A stretch of DNA of 30,941 nt from Cyanobacteria bacterium P01_A01_bin.123 (GCA_039815185.1 JBCBZT010000069.1:1-30941); one strand, 5' to 3'. Shown: positions 19,703-29,252, counted from the first letter of the stretch. Program-made: numbers and translations. The notes: generated from the letters alone by a model not told the origin.

Positions 19703-21222
19703 CCTTACCGTCGATTATTTACGGTCTATTTTTACTGAGCGTCGTCGGCATTTACTGGTCTTTGCCGTTCAAGCCTCTGCGATTGTGGGTGTTGTGGGTG
19801 TCGAGCTTAGTCTTCTATGCCTCGCTTCAGGTGCAGTATCTGCCGTTGATGTTCGCGATCGCCTTGGTGACGTTTTTCCTGGGTAAAGCCTTAAGTTCTC
19901 CCCTGAACTGGCGCATCCCCGAAGAACAGTGGCAGGCAGCTGAACAAACTTGGGATCAGCGACGGGGCTGGATTTTGGCCTTTGGCGTTGGGTTGAATGT
20001 GCTGCTGTTGGTGGTGTTTAAGTATCTCGCACCAACGTTAGAGCTAATTGGCTTTGTCGCGGCTCAAAATCAGTGGCTCGCGGAACGGGATGAACTGCTC
20101 AGTACGTTGATTATTCCCTTAGGCATTAGTTTCTTTTGCTTTGAGTGCATAGCCTATCTGGTAGATGTTTATCGGGGAGCAAAACCGACCCAGCGCCTGG
20201 TTGAGTTTGCTGCCTACAAGTTTTTCTTCCCAAAGCTGATCTCCGGGCCGATTGTTCGCTTTCATGCCTTTTTGGGGCAGTTCAAACAACAGCCAGGGTC
20301 GGAGACCGATCCCCAAGGGCCATCACCCAATTTGACCCATGCAGTAGATGGGCTGTGGCTGATTGCGACAGGCAGCATGAAAAAGCTGCTGATTGCTGAC
20401 CACATTGCCATTTTGGTTAATCTCAGCTTCAGCAATTTGGAGCGGGCCGGGAGTGCCGACATTTGGCTGGCGATTTTTGCCTATGGTTTGCAGCTCTACT
20501 TTGACTTTAGCGGCTATGTCGATATTGCCCGAGGCAGCGCCATCTTCCTGGGTTTCAACTTGCCCCAGAACTTTGATTTCCCTTACTTCAGCATCAGCAT
20601 TGCTGATTTTTGGCGACGGTGGCACATGTCTTTGGGCGCTTGGCTGCGCAATTACCTTTACTTCCCCTTAGGCGGATCGCGGCACGGTTTAGCCCGCACT
20701 TGCCTCAATCTAGGCATTGTGATGGTGATTGCCGGGGCATGGCACGGGGACAACTGGGGGTTTTTGATTTGGGGGGGGCTGCATGGCCTAGCCTTGGCCG
20801 GACATCGACTCAATCAAGCTGCTGCGGTGCGTTGGAGCTGGCTTGAACGACTGTGGCAAAGCCTGCCTGGGGTCTTGCTGGCTTGGGCGATTACCCAGGC
20901 GATGGTGTTTAGCAGTTGGCTATTTTTCCGCCTGCCGACTTATCGTGACTTTAGCTTTGCGCTCACCCACCTCTGGGGGTATCCGGCGGATATCCAGTTT
21001 GCCACCAAGGTCTATTCGGAGTCTTTGGGGTTGAGCAGTCTGCAAGTTTTGATAATGTTAATCGGGTTGGTGATTGCTAGCGCGATCGCCTATGGGTTTA
21101 ATCGCGGTTTGAAGTTGTATATGGGCTGGCCCCTGAAACTGCTGTTGGTGCCCATCTGCTTATTCTTGGCTTGGCTATTGGCGCCTGGCGAGTCTCTGCC
21201 TTACATTTACTTTGAGTTCTAA
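19699..21222 (+). CDS. MBOAT family O-acyltransferase (AlgI/DltB-like)
   Basis: PLGISFF.F..I.Y..DVY, FFPKLISGPI.R, QLYFDFSGY.DIA.G, FWRRWHMSL..WLRNYLY.PLGG, GAWHG, C-terminal YIYFEF. Confidence 0.96.
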   Translation: MTLPSIIYGLFLLSVVGIYWSLPFKPLRLWVLWVSSLVFYASLQVQYLPLMFAIALVTFFLGKALSSPLNWRIPEEQWQAAEQTWDQRRGWILAFGVGLNVLLLVVFKYLAPTLELIGFVAAQNQWLAERDELLSTLIIPLGISFFCFECIAYLVDVYRGAKPTQRLVEFAAYKFFFPKLISGPIVRFHAFLGQFKQQPGSETDPQGPSPNLTHAVDGLWLIATGSMKKLLIADHIAILVNLSFSNLERAGSADIWLAIFAYGLQLYFDFSGYVDIARGSAIFLGFNLPQNFDFPYFSISIADFWRRWHMSLGAWLRNYLYFPLGGSRHGLARTCLNLGIVMVIAGAWHGDNWGFLIWGGLHGLALAGHRLNQAAAVRWSWLERLWQSLPGVLLAWAITQAMVFSSWLFFRLPTYRDFSFALTHLWGYPADIQFATKVYSESLGLSSLQVLIMLIGLVIASAIAYGFNRGLKLYMGWPLKLLLVPICLFLAWLLAPGESLPYIYFEF

Positions 21223-21346
21223 TCTGGGTTGAATTGCGATCGCTAGTCGGGCACTGCTTAACGCTTGGCGGGTAGCGAAGTTGTTGCGGCAACTGAGTGC
21301 ATGCTTTCGATAAGCTGGAGGTTGTGTAGTCTCCCCATTTGAACTC

Positions 21347-21928
21347 ATGGCTTATCAGTTTGGACTCAATCTCGGGCAGCAACTGTTTGTGCAGCAGCAG
21401 GGTGAGCAAACCGCGATCGCGCTCTACGCTGGTAGCGCAGGACAACAGCAGCAGCAACAAACCACAGTCATGACCGGAACCTGGCAAGAACCCCCTGTGC
21501 TGTGGCAAACGGCAGCGGGGTTTGTCTTGAAGCTGGTGGGAGCGCAAGGGGCAACGCGAGTGCAGATTCAGGCTGAGGGACTGCAAATTCTATCGGCAGC
21601 GTCTCAGCTCAATCTGGCAGACGCCAATCCGATCGCCGGACAAAAAGTCGCTGACTCCCCTGTTCAAGCGGGCTTCGAGATGAAACCCATGAAGCCCATG
21701 CAGCCCATGGAGCCGTTGAAAATGGGCAATATGTCGATGCAGATGAACCCAATGTCGATGCAGATGGGCGACATGAAGCTGGAAATGGGCAATCCATCGA
21801 CGCCAGAAAACAGTGGTGAGCAAGCAGAAACGGCATCTGAAACGCGCCGATTTTGTACCCAATGTGGGCATGGGGTGAGTCCGGGCGATCGCTTTTGTGC
21901 CCACTGTGGTCATCAGTTATTGGCTTAA
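21347..21928 (+). CDS. Zinc-ribbon domain protein with Gln-rich N-terminus and Met-rich linker
   Basis: C-terminal RFCTQCG......DRFCAHCG. Linker MKPMKPMQPMEPLKMGNMSMQMNPMSMQMGDM. Confidence 0.85.
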   Translation: MAYQFGLNLGQQLFVQQQGEQTAIALYAGSAGQQQQQQTTVMTGTWQEPPVLWQTAAGFVLKLVGAQGATRVQIQAEGLQILSAASQLNLADANPIAGQKVADSPVQAGFEMKPMKPMQPMEPLKMGNMSMQMNPMSMQMGDMKLEMGNPSTPENSGEQAETASETRRFCTQCGHGVSPGDRFCAHCGHQLLA

Positions 21929-22043
21929 AGTCAGTTGGGTTTCGTCCCTCAACACAACCTACACGGATTCGCGTTTAACTGTATCCACCTACTTGAGAGA
22001 AAGAACAATACTGTGTGAGCTAGTCCAGCGATCGTACGGATTA

Positions 22044-23900
22044 TCATCTAAATTCAAAAAACGTGCGCTGCTCAGGAATATCACCCCACGGCGAGTGGCT
22101 GTCGGTAAAGGCACTGAAGTATCCCCGCCATTGCCCTGGTTCGGGGTGTGCAATGAGACTGAGTAAGCCCTGCCAAGTTGCGCCAGTCTCGGTTTCAAAT
22201 TGCCATACACTAACAGACGAATCCTCTGCCTGAATCACAGTCTGCTGCCGCCAACCAGCTTGCTGTAGTTGGTTGGTGTAGTGGGTCGCTAGATCAGCAA
22301 TTGCTAACTGGCTGTAAATGTAGCTATCTGAGCTAAAGTTTCCTCCGCTGCTGCTGCGACCCGTACCTGCTAGAACGGTCGTTTCTGGTGGTACTTGCAG
22401 CTCAGGGATGGGGAGATCTGCTACAGGGCTAGATTCTAGCAAATCTTCTTCAACCTCTGGATCAACAAGGCAGGGAGAAGATTCTTCAGTACCCGTTTGG
22501 TGACCCAGGTAAACCGTCGTTGAATTGTCTTGACCGGGTCGAGTAAACAGCGTGATTTGGTCAACACTATCTGACTGACAAAACAGATCAGGGATGAAAG
22601 TAATTGATGTTTCAAAAACGCGGCCTATAGTGGTGAGCTGCCAAATGTCAGGAACTTGCCAACCCGCTGCCGCAAGCTCTGCGCGATACCCATTACGGAA
22701 TGTTTGCGCAGGGAGTGCCGTTTCGAGGATGCCCGTTTCCCTTGAACCATAGGATACCCCGCCTAAGACAACGGCTTCAGGAGGAAGCTGAAACTCGGAT
22801 GATAAGTTAGGCGGAAGCTGATCAAGCCATAGCTCCAAGGGTTCTCCATCAGCCACTCGCCATCGATCCCTCAAGATTTCTATGGTGGTGGTTTTTGGCA
22901 ATTCCCCAGCTTGATTATCTAGCGTCAGCGGATATCGCAGGCGAGTTAACCACGCATCCCGTTCAGATCTAAAAATGCCTGAATAAAGATTAGGGATATC
23001 CGTAGTCAATAGATAAATGCTGGCTTGTTGGGGTAAAGCTGAGTAAGTCGAACGCAACCAGGTAGACCATTGCAAACGGTTGTCGCCATAACTGGTTTGC
23101 AGCATCCAGCCCTGTTGAGCCATCTCGTCTGCGTAGTGATTGATTAACGCCTCTATCGACAAGTTGGTTTGGATGTTGAGGGTTGATTCTGAGTGGTCGC
23201 TGCTGCTGTTGCCAGCCAAAGATTCGATTTGAGCACCTGCGGGGTGAGAGAGTTCTAACCTCGGAAAAGGTTCAAACGGCGAGCCGCTTTCAGGATCACA
23301 AAGGGAACCCGATTCCCCAATGGTCAGAACAGCACTTAAATTTGTCGTGTTCGAATTAGGCTGAAAGACATCTAAAAACAGTTCGGCATTGTTACCTTGT
23401 TGGCAAAAGGTTGCGTTTTCTAATGAAAACTCATTTGAACTCTCCTCATCGTCCAACTCGCTTTCAAATTCTGGGGGGAGTTCCCGTGACCAGCGTGACC
23501 AGCCAGCTGCTTGGAGCTGTTCTATATAATCTGCCTCAAGATGTGTAATCGTGCCCTCGATTTCAAACATCAAGGTGATGTAGCGGACGGTGTCAATCTG
23601 CGCTTCGCTACTCTCTTGAGCCATCTGCAACGTGGCGTCTTGGGCTGAGGTGATTGAACTCCATTGTAGGGAGCTAGCATCTGGTACCGGCAAATCAAAA
23701 GGTAGATCAGGCATGTCAGACCCAACCTGAAGTTGTACTGTTCCCCATGCAAATGGATACGGCTGCAGCAGCGGTATCAGGAGGCTATAAGGCACTTGCT
23801 GATTGTCCACGATCTCCGGGCTATCGGAAGGTTGTGCCATCGCAGAGGTGGGTAAGGCAGAAAGCAGTAGCAGGGTGACACCCGTTTTCCAGCCTCTCAT
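22044..23900 (-). CDS. Secreted acidic hypothetical protein with internal duplication
   Basis: Signal peptide MRGWKTGVTLLLLSALPTSAMA-Q. Four Y...L...GW modules arranged in two homologous halves. The start could be 23930. Confidence 0.8.
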   Translation of the reverse strand: MRGWKTGVTLLLLSALPTSAMAQPSDSPEIVDNQQVPYSLLIPLLQPYPFAWGTVQLQVGSDMPDLPFDLPVPDASSLQWSSITSAQDATLQMAQESSEAQIDTVRYITLMFEIEGTITHLEADYIEQLQAAGWSRWSRELPPEFESELDDEESSNEFSLENATFCQQGNNAELFLDVFQPNSNTTNLSAVLTIGESGSLCDPESGSPFEPFPRLELSHPAGAQIESLAGNSSSDHSESTLNIQTNLSIEALINHYADEMAQQGWMLQTSYGDNRLQWSTWLRSTYSALPQQASIYLLTTDIPNLYSGIFRSERDAWLTRLRYPLTLDNQAGELPKTTTIEILRDRWRVADGEPLELWLDQLPPNLSSEFQLPPEAVVLGGVSYGSRETGILETALPAQTFRNGYRAELAAAGWQVPDIWQLTTIGRVFETSITFIPDLFCQSDSVDQITLFTRPGQDNSTTVYLGHQTGTEESSPCLVDPEVEEDLLESSPVADLPIPELQVPPETTVLAGTGRSSSGGNFSSDSYIYSQLAIADLATHYTNQLQQAGWRQQTVIQAEDSSVSVWQFETETGATWQGLLSLIAHPEPGQWRGYFSAFTDSHSPWGDIPEQRTFFEFR

Positions 23901-24021
23901 AGTCAAGAATGGGCCAAGTAAACCCATCATTCACAACACCGATCTCTCTACTAAGGTATCGTCTGAGAAGAAAGCTATGTCCCTACCAGAGCAATCGTTC
24001 AGCCTGAGAGCGAAAAGGCCT

Positions 24022-24447
24022 ATGTCAACTCAGCAGCTTGAAGGGGGATGTCTGTGTGGCCGCACACGCTATCGCGTTTCTGGTGCGTCGTTATCCACGA
24101 TTATCTGCCATTGTGTCTCTTGCCGCCGAGCTGCTGGCGCTGAAAGTGTTGCCTGGATGACATTTCCGATGTCTGCCTTTGAGCATTTGGCAGCCACGCC
24201 CAAAGGGTTTAACTCATCTGAGGGGATCACAAGGACGTTCTGCCCTGAATGTGGCACGAGCCTGACTTATCAAGATTCAGTTGGAACGACGATCGATGTG
24301 GCGTTGGCGACTCTAGATGATCCAGGGTTGATTGTGCCCACAAAAGAAATATGGCTTAGCGACAGGATTGCTTGGCATGCCGTGAATCCTGATCTGAAGA
24401 CATGCTTGCAGGGATCTGATACTTGTGGATCTGATGACTCTGGGTGA
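24022..24447 (+). CDS. GFA/CENP-V family protein
   Basis: GGCLCG..RY, CHC..CRR..G, R.FC..CGTSL. The ATG at 24022 precedes the domain. Confidence 0.92.
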   Translation: MSTQQLEGGCLCGRTRYRVSGASLSTIICHCVSCRRAAGAESVAWMTFPMSAFEHLAATPKGFNSSEGITRTFCPECGTSLTYQDSVGTTIDVALATLDDPGLIVPTKEIWLSDRIAWHAVNPDLKTCLQGSDTCGSDDSG

Positions 24448-24578
24448 AATTCTGACCGGGAAATTATGGTTTAGATGATTAGTGCGATCGCGTTGGCTAT
24501 TCAGAACTGTTCGTAATGCCCGCCAATTGCAAAAATCTAGATGTAATCATCATCGAATTTGCAGATGAGTCTATCAAT

Positions 24579-24752
24579 CTAACCGTTTGCGCCAGCTACC
24601 TGCACAGTGTGGGCCTTGAGGGTTTCATCTCCAGAACGGCTTGGTCCACCATAGGGACGCTCACACAGGATAAAAGATAGGCTCAAGCAGAAGAGAAGAC
24701 AGGTTCCGAAGGTTTTGGTCGTCTGCATGGTGAGTCTGGTGGGGGCGTTCAT
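24579..24752 (-). CDS. Candidate small secreted or membrane peptide (49 aa from ATG 24728, 57 aa from ATG 24752)
   Basis: (MNAPTRLT)MQTTKTFGTCLLFCLSLSFILCERPYGGPSRSGDETLKAHTVQVAGANG*. Below the ORF-track cutoff and within a 640 bp gap. Confidence 0.4.
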   Translation of the reverse strand: MNAPTRLTMQTTKTFGTCLLFCLSLSFILCERPYGGPSRSGDETLKAHTVQVAGANG

Positions 24753-24901
24753 CGACAGTCTTATAGTCCGTCAGAATAAAAATTCCCTGGGTGACTCAAA
24801 TGCTTGACTGGAGGTGATTCTGTGGCTTGGTTGACGTGACCCAAATGGGCGATCGCGAGTGATGCAGTGCTGTTCAAAAGGTGATTTGATATCGAGCTGC
24901 T

Positions 24902-24917
24902 AATGACACAGATCACA
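24902..24917. promoter_or_regulatory. Possible CRP-family (SyCrp1) site
   Basis: AATGA-CACAGA-TCACA matches TGTGA-N6-TCACA at 8/10. On the - strand it reads TGTGATCT, a perfect half site. Confidence 0.4.
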
Positions 24918-25088
24918 AGGTGGATGAATTGATGCGTTGCGTCGCATCCTACTCAACAAAAGCGCATGATTTGGGGCGTTGAAAACGGCAAGACCCTAGC
25001 GGTGACATTTTAGGGTTTGAGGGACACGGTACAATAACCAAGACTTAGTCTTGGTCTAGTAATCAATCCGTAATCGTACAACTTTGAG

Positions 25089-25391
25089 ATGACCCAAGAT
25101 TTAAAGCGTGAATTGGCAGAGATGGTTGAACCGGCGGCTTGGCAGTGGTTGATTCCCCATACCAAGCGAGATGCGGTGGTAGTGGTAAATCCGGCGCTGG
25201 ATCTCGTAGACGTTGGCGTTGCGATCGCGACTGATGATGTCATCCATGTGCAGCGGTGGATTGGTGAAGCTCTGATTGCTAAACCCTCACCAGAACAGCT
25301 TTCCAACTGGAACGAACAAACCGACAAACGGCTTAATACTTTAATTGTGCAGCCCTATGTGCTGGTGCAAGACCCCAGCGTTTCGGCTTAA
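25089..25391 (+). CDS. DUF2288 family protein
   Basis: W.WL.PH..RDAVVVV...LDLVDVG.AIA.D....VQ.WI....LI.KP...LIVQPYVLVQ. Confidence 0.9.
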   Translation: MTQDLKRELAEMVEPAAWQWLIPHTKRDAVVVVNPALDLVDVGVAIATDDVIHVQRWIGEALIAKPSPEQLSNWNEQTDKRLNTLIVQPYVLVQDPSVSA

Positions 25392-25422
25392 GCCTGTTCT
25401 TCATCAGTCAACCCCTAGGCCC

Positions 25423-26511
25423 ATGTCGGAACCCCAAGATTTGTCCCTTTGGGAGCGGTTGAACAATTGGACACTGGTTCGGTATCTGCTGCTATTTGCC
25501 TGCGGCTGGGCCACGATTCAATTACTCAGCTACTTTGAGATCGTCTTTGTCGTGTTCGTCTCGTCCACGATTTTGGCATTTTTGTTGAACCATCCCGTAC
25601 GATGGCTCCAGCGATTTCTACCCCACGGATTGGCTGTATCCATCGTATTTTTGATTGCCCTAGTGATCATTGGCGGGCTAGTCGCCACGATGGGGATCGC
25701 CGTGCTGTCCCAAGGCCAGCGCCTGGTAGACAGTGTGACTGAGTTCCTCAATTCCCTCGCCCCGGTGGTGACCCAACTCGAAGCCATCTTGCAAGATTGG
25801 TCGCTGAATGTCGATTTGCAAAGTCTAGAAACCCAGTTTAGGGAACAAGCTATTGGGTTAATTGGCGCTGGCTTCTCACTGGCCCAACAGGCTCTGGCCA
25901 ACTTTATCAACGCCATTCTGATCGCAGTCGTGACCTTCTTCATGTTGCTAGATGGGGCTCGAATCTGGGCTTGGATCTTGAAAGTGCTGCCTTACCCACG
26001 GAGGGCTCCATTTACCCGCATTGTGCAAGAAAATCTTTTGGGCTTTTTTTGGGGCCGATTGCTGCTGTCGATATTTTTCGCCGCTTCAACCTTTGTGGTG
26101 TTTTTGATATTACGGGTCCCTTTTGCCCTGGTTTTGGCGGTGATTGCAGGGTTGTTTGACCTAATTCCGGGGATTGGCGCAACCCTGGGCATTAGCTTAG
26201 TGTCTCTGCTGCTGCTGTCTCAAAGTGTTTGGCTCGCGATCAAGGCTATCGTTGTCTGTGTTCTGCTACAGCAGGTTGAAGAAAATGTACTGCTGCCTAA
26301 GATCATGCGGGATTCGTTAAATATCAATCCAGTCGTCATGTTTTTTGCCTTGATCGTCGGGGCACGGGTCGCGGGCATATTGGGGATTTTTCTGTCGATT
26401 CCGGTGGCAGGGGTGGTAATCAGTTTGCTGGAAATTGAAGAAATGAAAGGACGATCTGCGATCGCCGGGCTCGAATCCACTGGCCCCAATTCTGAATCCC
26501 CTAAATCCTAA
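25423..26511 (+). CDS. AI-2E family transporter (PerM/YdiK-like)
   Basis: LAFLL..PV..L, FF.L.DG, DLIP.IGA, QQVEEN.L.PKIM..SL.INPV, G.LG.FL.IP. Confidence 0.92.
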   Translation: MSEPQDLSLWERLNNWTLVRYLLLFACGWATIQLLSYFEIVFVVFVSSTILAFLLNHPVRWLQRFLPHGLAVSIVFLIALVIIGGLVATMGIAVLSQGQRLVDSVTEFLNSLAPVVTQLEAILQDWSLNVDLQSLETQFREQAIGLIGAGFSLAQQALANFINAILIAVVTFFMLLDGARIWAWILKVLPYPRRAPFTRIVQENLLGFFWGRLLLSIFFAASTFVVFLILRVPFALVLAVIAGLFDLIPGIGATLGISLVSLLLLSQSVWLAIKAIVVCVLLQQVEENVLLPKIMRDSLNINPVVMFFALIVGARVAGILGIFLSIPVAGVVISLLEIEEMKGRSAIAGLESTGPNSESPKS

Positions 26512-26585
26512 GGCAGGATTTAGCCAACGCTAAGAGCTGTTCCTGTAAGCTAACAACTGAAACTGTGACTGTTCGTAAGCCTTGT

Positions 26586-27569
26586 ATGTCGTCTACAAAC
26601 CCACCTGCTATTTCCCCCCTGAGATTTTTGAAATCGCCCCAGGGTTGGCTTTATGCCCTGTGGAAATTTTCTCGACCCCATACGATTATTGGCACTAGCT
26701 TGAGCGTTGTCAGCCTGTTTTTGATTGTGCTACAAGGTTTCTTTACCCCAATTCAAGGGGCAGCACTGCCGGGAACTGCCGGGATGCTGTGGCTTTTGGT
26801 GAGTGTATGGATCGCCTGTTTGGGGGGCAATGTCTACATTGTGGGCCTGAACCAACTCGAAGATGTCGATATCGATCGGATTAATAAACCCCATCTGCCC
26901 CTAGCCTCTGGAGAATTTTCCCGCCGACAAGCTTATACGATCATTGTCGTTGCTGCTGCGATCGCGCTGGGTTTGGCCCTGACCCAAGGCCGGTTTTTAA
27001 CCGCCACGATTGTCACTAGCCTATTGATTGGCACGGCCTATTCTCTACCGCCGATGCGGCTCAAGCGCTTTCCCTTTTGGGCTTCGTTTTGCATTTTGGC
27101 GGTGCGGGGTGGGGTGGTGAATTTGGGGCTATTTTTGCACTTTAGCGATCGCTTGGGAACTGGCCTCACGATTCCCCCTAAAATTTGGGCGCTGACAGCT
27201 TTTATTGTGGTGTTTAGCATTGTGATTGCTATCTTTAAAGACATCCCCGATTTAGAGGGCGATCGCCGTTACAATATCACCACCTTCACCGTGAAACTTG
27301 GACAAACCGCCGTGTTTAACCTGGCCCGGCTGACCTTGACGGGATGCTATCTTGCTTTCGCGATCGCGGCACCCTTTTTATCAGGACTCAATCTGTGGAT
27401 AATGGCCATCTATCATTTATCAGCCATTTGCGGATTTTGGTGGTTGAGCCGACGCGTTAGCTTTAGCAAGCCAGCCCCAGGGTCGTCCTACCGCGATTTT
27501 TATCAGTTCATTTGGAAGCTTTTTTTCCTGGAGTATCTTATGTTTCCTCTAGCCTGTTGGTTGGGGTGA
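26586..27569 (+). CDS. hpt: Homogentisate phytyltransferase (UbiA family, tocopherol synthesis)
   Basis: FSRPHTIIGT, YIVGLNQL.D..ID.INKP.LPLASGE, AYS.PP.RLKRF, KDIPD.EGD, FYQFIWKLFF.EY. Confidence 0.95.
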   Translation: MSSTNPPAISPLRFLKSPQGWLYALWKFSRPHTIIGTSLSVVSLFLIVLQGFFTPIQGAALPGTAGMLWLLVSVWIACLGGNVYIVGLNQLEDVDIDRINKPHLPLASGEFSRRQAYTIIVVAAAIALGLALTQGRFLTATIVTSLLIGTAYSLPPMRLKRFPFWASFCILAVRGGVVNLGLFLHFSDRLGTGLTIPPKIWALTAFIVVFSIVIAIFKDIPDLEGDRRYNITTFTVKLGQTAVFNLARLTLTGCYLAFAIAAPFLSGLNLWIMAIYHLSAICGFWWLSRRVSFSKPAPGSSYRDFYQFIWKLFFLEYLMFPLACWLG

Positions 27570-27579
27570 GGGCATACTG

Positions 27580-28059
27580 ATGACCCCAACCCTAAGACCG
27601 TTTCATCTGGCTTTCCCGGTGGCTGATCTGGCTGCCACCCGACAGTTTTACACGACCATCCTCGGCTGCACGGTTGGTAGGGAAGCCAAGACATGGATTG
27701 ATTTCAACTTTTTTGGCCACCAGCTGACTGCCCATTTGAGTCTTGAAGCCCAGTCAATGGCAGGGACAAATTGGGTTGACCAACATCAGGTTCCCGTCAG
27801 GCATTGCGGTGTGGTTTTAACCATGGCCGACTGGCAAACCCTAGCCAAGCGTCTACAGCAATGCAACATCGAATTCATTGTTGAACCCCATATCCGATTT
27901 CAAGGACAGGTCGGCGAACAAGCCACGCTGTTTTTTCTCGATCCCTGTGGCAATGCCCTAGAGTTCAAAGCCTTTGCTGACGATGCTGCCCTGTTTGCTG
28001 TGTCACCTCCAGCACCCGCTGCAACAGCAGATCCCATAACAGGTTCAACTCAGGCATGA
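27580..28059 (+). CDS. VOC/glyoxalase family protein
   Basis: PFHLAFPV.DL..TR.FY...LGC..GR....W.DF.FFGHQL..H, H.G.VL, F.DP.GNALEFKAF. Confidence 0.92.
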   Translation: MTPTLRPFHLAFPVADLAATRQFYTTILGCTVGREAKTWIDFNFFGHQLTAHLSLEAQSMAGTNWVDQHQVPVRHCGVVLTMADWQTLAKRLQQCNIEFIVEPHIRFQGQVGEQATLFFLDPCGNALEFKAFADDAALFAVSPPAPAATADPITGSTQA

Positions 28060-28640
28060 TGATTGCGCCATCATCAGTTGAGTCACTGCCCAAAATCGGC
28101 CAAATCACGCTGATTACGGGGCCTGCCCGATCCGGTAAAAGTGAATGGGCTGAGGCATTGGCGATCGCAGTCCAAAAGCCCATCGTTTACATTGCCACCT
28201 CCCAGCTCATCCCGAATGATCACGACTGGCAGCAGCGGATTGAACAGCACCGTCAACGCCGGCCAGCGACATGGCTGACACAAGAAGTTCCCTACGACTT
28301 GGCCCAGGCTATCCAATCTGCCAGCCCCAACCAGTGTCTTTTAGTCGATTCCCTGGGTACTTGGTTAGCGAATCGTCTAGAACAATCGAAATCTGATTGG
28401 CAACTCACCCAAACAGAACTTGTCCAGAGCTTACAGTCAACCCCAGTCCAAGTCATTCTAGTGGCTGAAGAAACGGGGTGGGGAGTTGTGCCTGCCTATG
28501 AAGTGGGACGGTTATTTCGCGATCGCCTGGGGGAAGTGACGCGCAAAATCGGCGCGATCGCTGACGCTGTTTATCTGGTCACCGCAGGCTATGCCCTGAA
28601 CTTGAGTCAGCTTGGCCATCCCGTACTGCCGCAGTCTTAA
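28056..28640 (+). CDS. cobU: Bifunctional adenosylcobinamide kinase / adenosylcobinamide-phosphate guanylyltransferase
   Basis: LITGPARSGKS..AE, YIAT, RI..HR.RRP..W.T.E, LVDSL..W, EE.G.GVVP.....R.FRD.LG. Confidence 0.95.
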   Translation: MMIAPSSVESLPKIGQITLITGPARSGKSEWAEALAIAVQKPIVYIATSQLIPNDHDWQQRIEQHRQRRPATWLTQEVPYDLAQAIQSASPNQCLLVDSLGTWLANRLEQSKSDWQLTQTELVQSLQSTPVQVILVAEETGWGVVPAYEVGRLFRDRLGEVTRKIGAIADAVYLVTAGYALNLSQLGHPVLPQS

Positions 28641-28815
28641 GCTATGAAAGTCTTAAAGGAATCGGAAGACTTACCGATGGGGCTGGGGTTAGGGCGTTAG
28701 TATCGATCCAAAAGACAAACACTGTCGATGTTAATCAAGCTGACGCATGTGCCCATAAGGAGCTGCGGAAGTGAGCCTAGACAGCACCAACTCATCGATA
28801 GTAGAGGTTAACGCT

Positions 28816-29250
28816 ATGGCATCTCCGGCGCAAATTAAACAATATCTGGCCTATTGGTTTCAACTGGGTAAGCGCATCATTGTCAACAATCAACAGCCCC
28901 AGCTCCCGTTGCCTATTTTTCAGGGGCATGATTACAGCCCAGCCTTTGAAATCTGCTGGCAGCAAATCATGGCTAACGGCGGCAAAAACTCCTACCTAGA
29001 AGGCACCGACCAAACGATTGCTGACTTACTCCAGCCCGCTTGGGATTTTTCCAACTGTGCCCGGTGTGAGATGCCCGTACCCATGGCCATCGCCGACTAT
29101 GGCGAAACCCTCTGCCCTTGCAACGACCTGCCAACCTGGCCTAATACTGAAATTCCTAGGCCGCGATCGCCCGTTGACACCCAAAGTCATCTCACCTCAA
29201 TTCAAAAGCGGCTGATCAATGCCAACCGAGTTGGTGCAGACGAGTCCTGA
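28816..29250 (+). CDS. Conserved cyanobacterial hypothetical protein (C-terminal Cys cluster)
   Basis: MAS..IKQYLAYWFQLGK, YS..FE.CW, YLEGT.QTI..LL, CARC.MP, CPC.DL..WPN. GAGG lies upstream of the ATG at 28816. Confidence 0.85.
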   Translation: MASPAQIKQYLAYWFQLGKRIIVNNQQPQLPLPIFQGHDYSPAFEICWQQIMANGGKNSYLEGTDQTIADLLQPAWDFSNCARCEMPVPMAIADYGETLCPCNDLPTWPNTEIPRPRSPVDTQSHLTSIQKRLINANRVGADES

Positions 29251-29252
29251 CG

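Noticed and set aside
23803..24021. N-terminal extension of the GFA ORF
   Set aside because: It overlaps the opposite-strand gene start. The domain begins right after the ATG at 24022.
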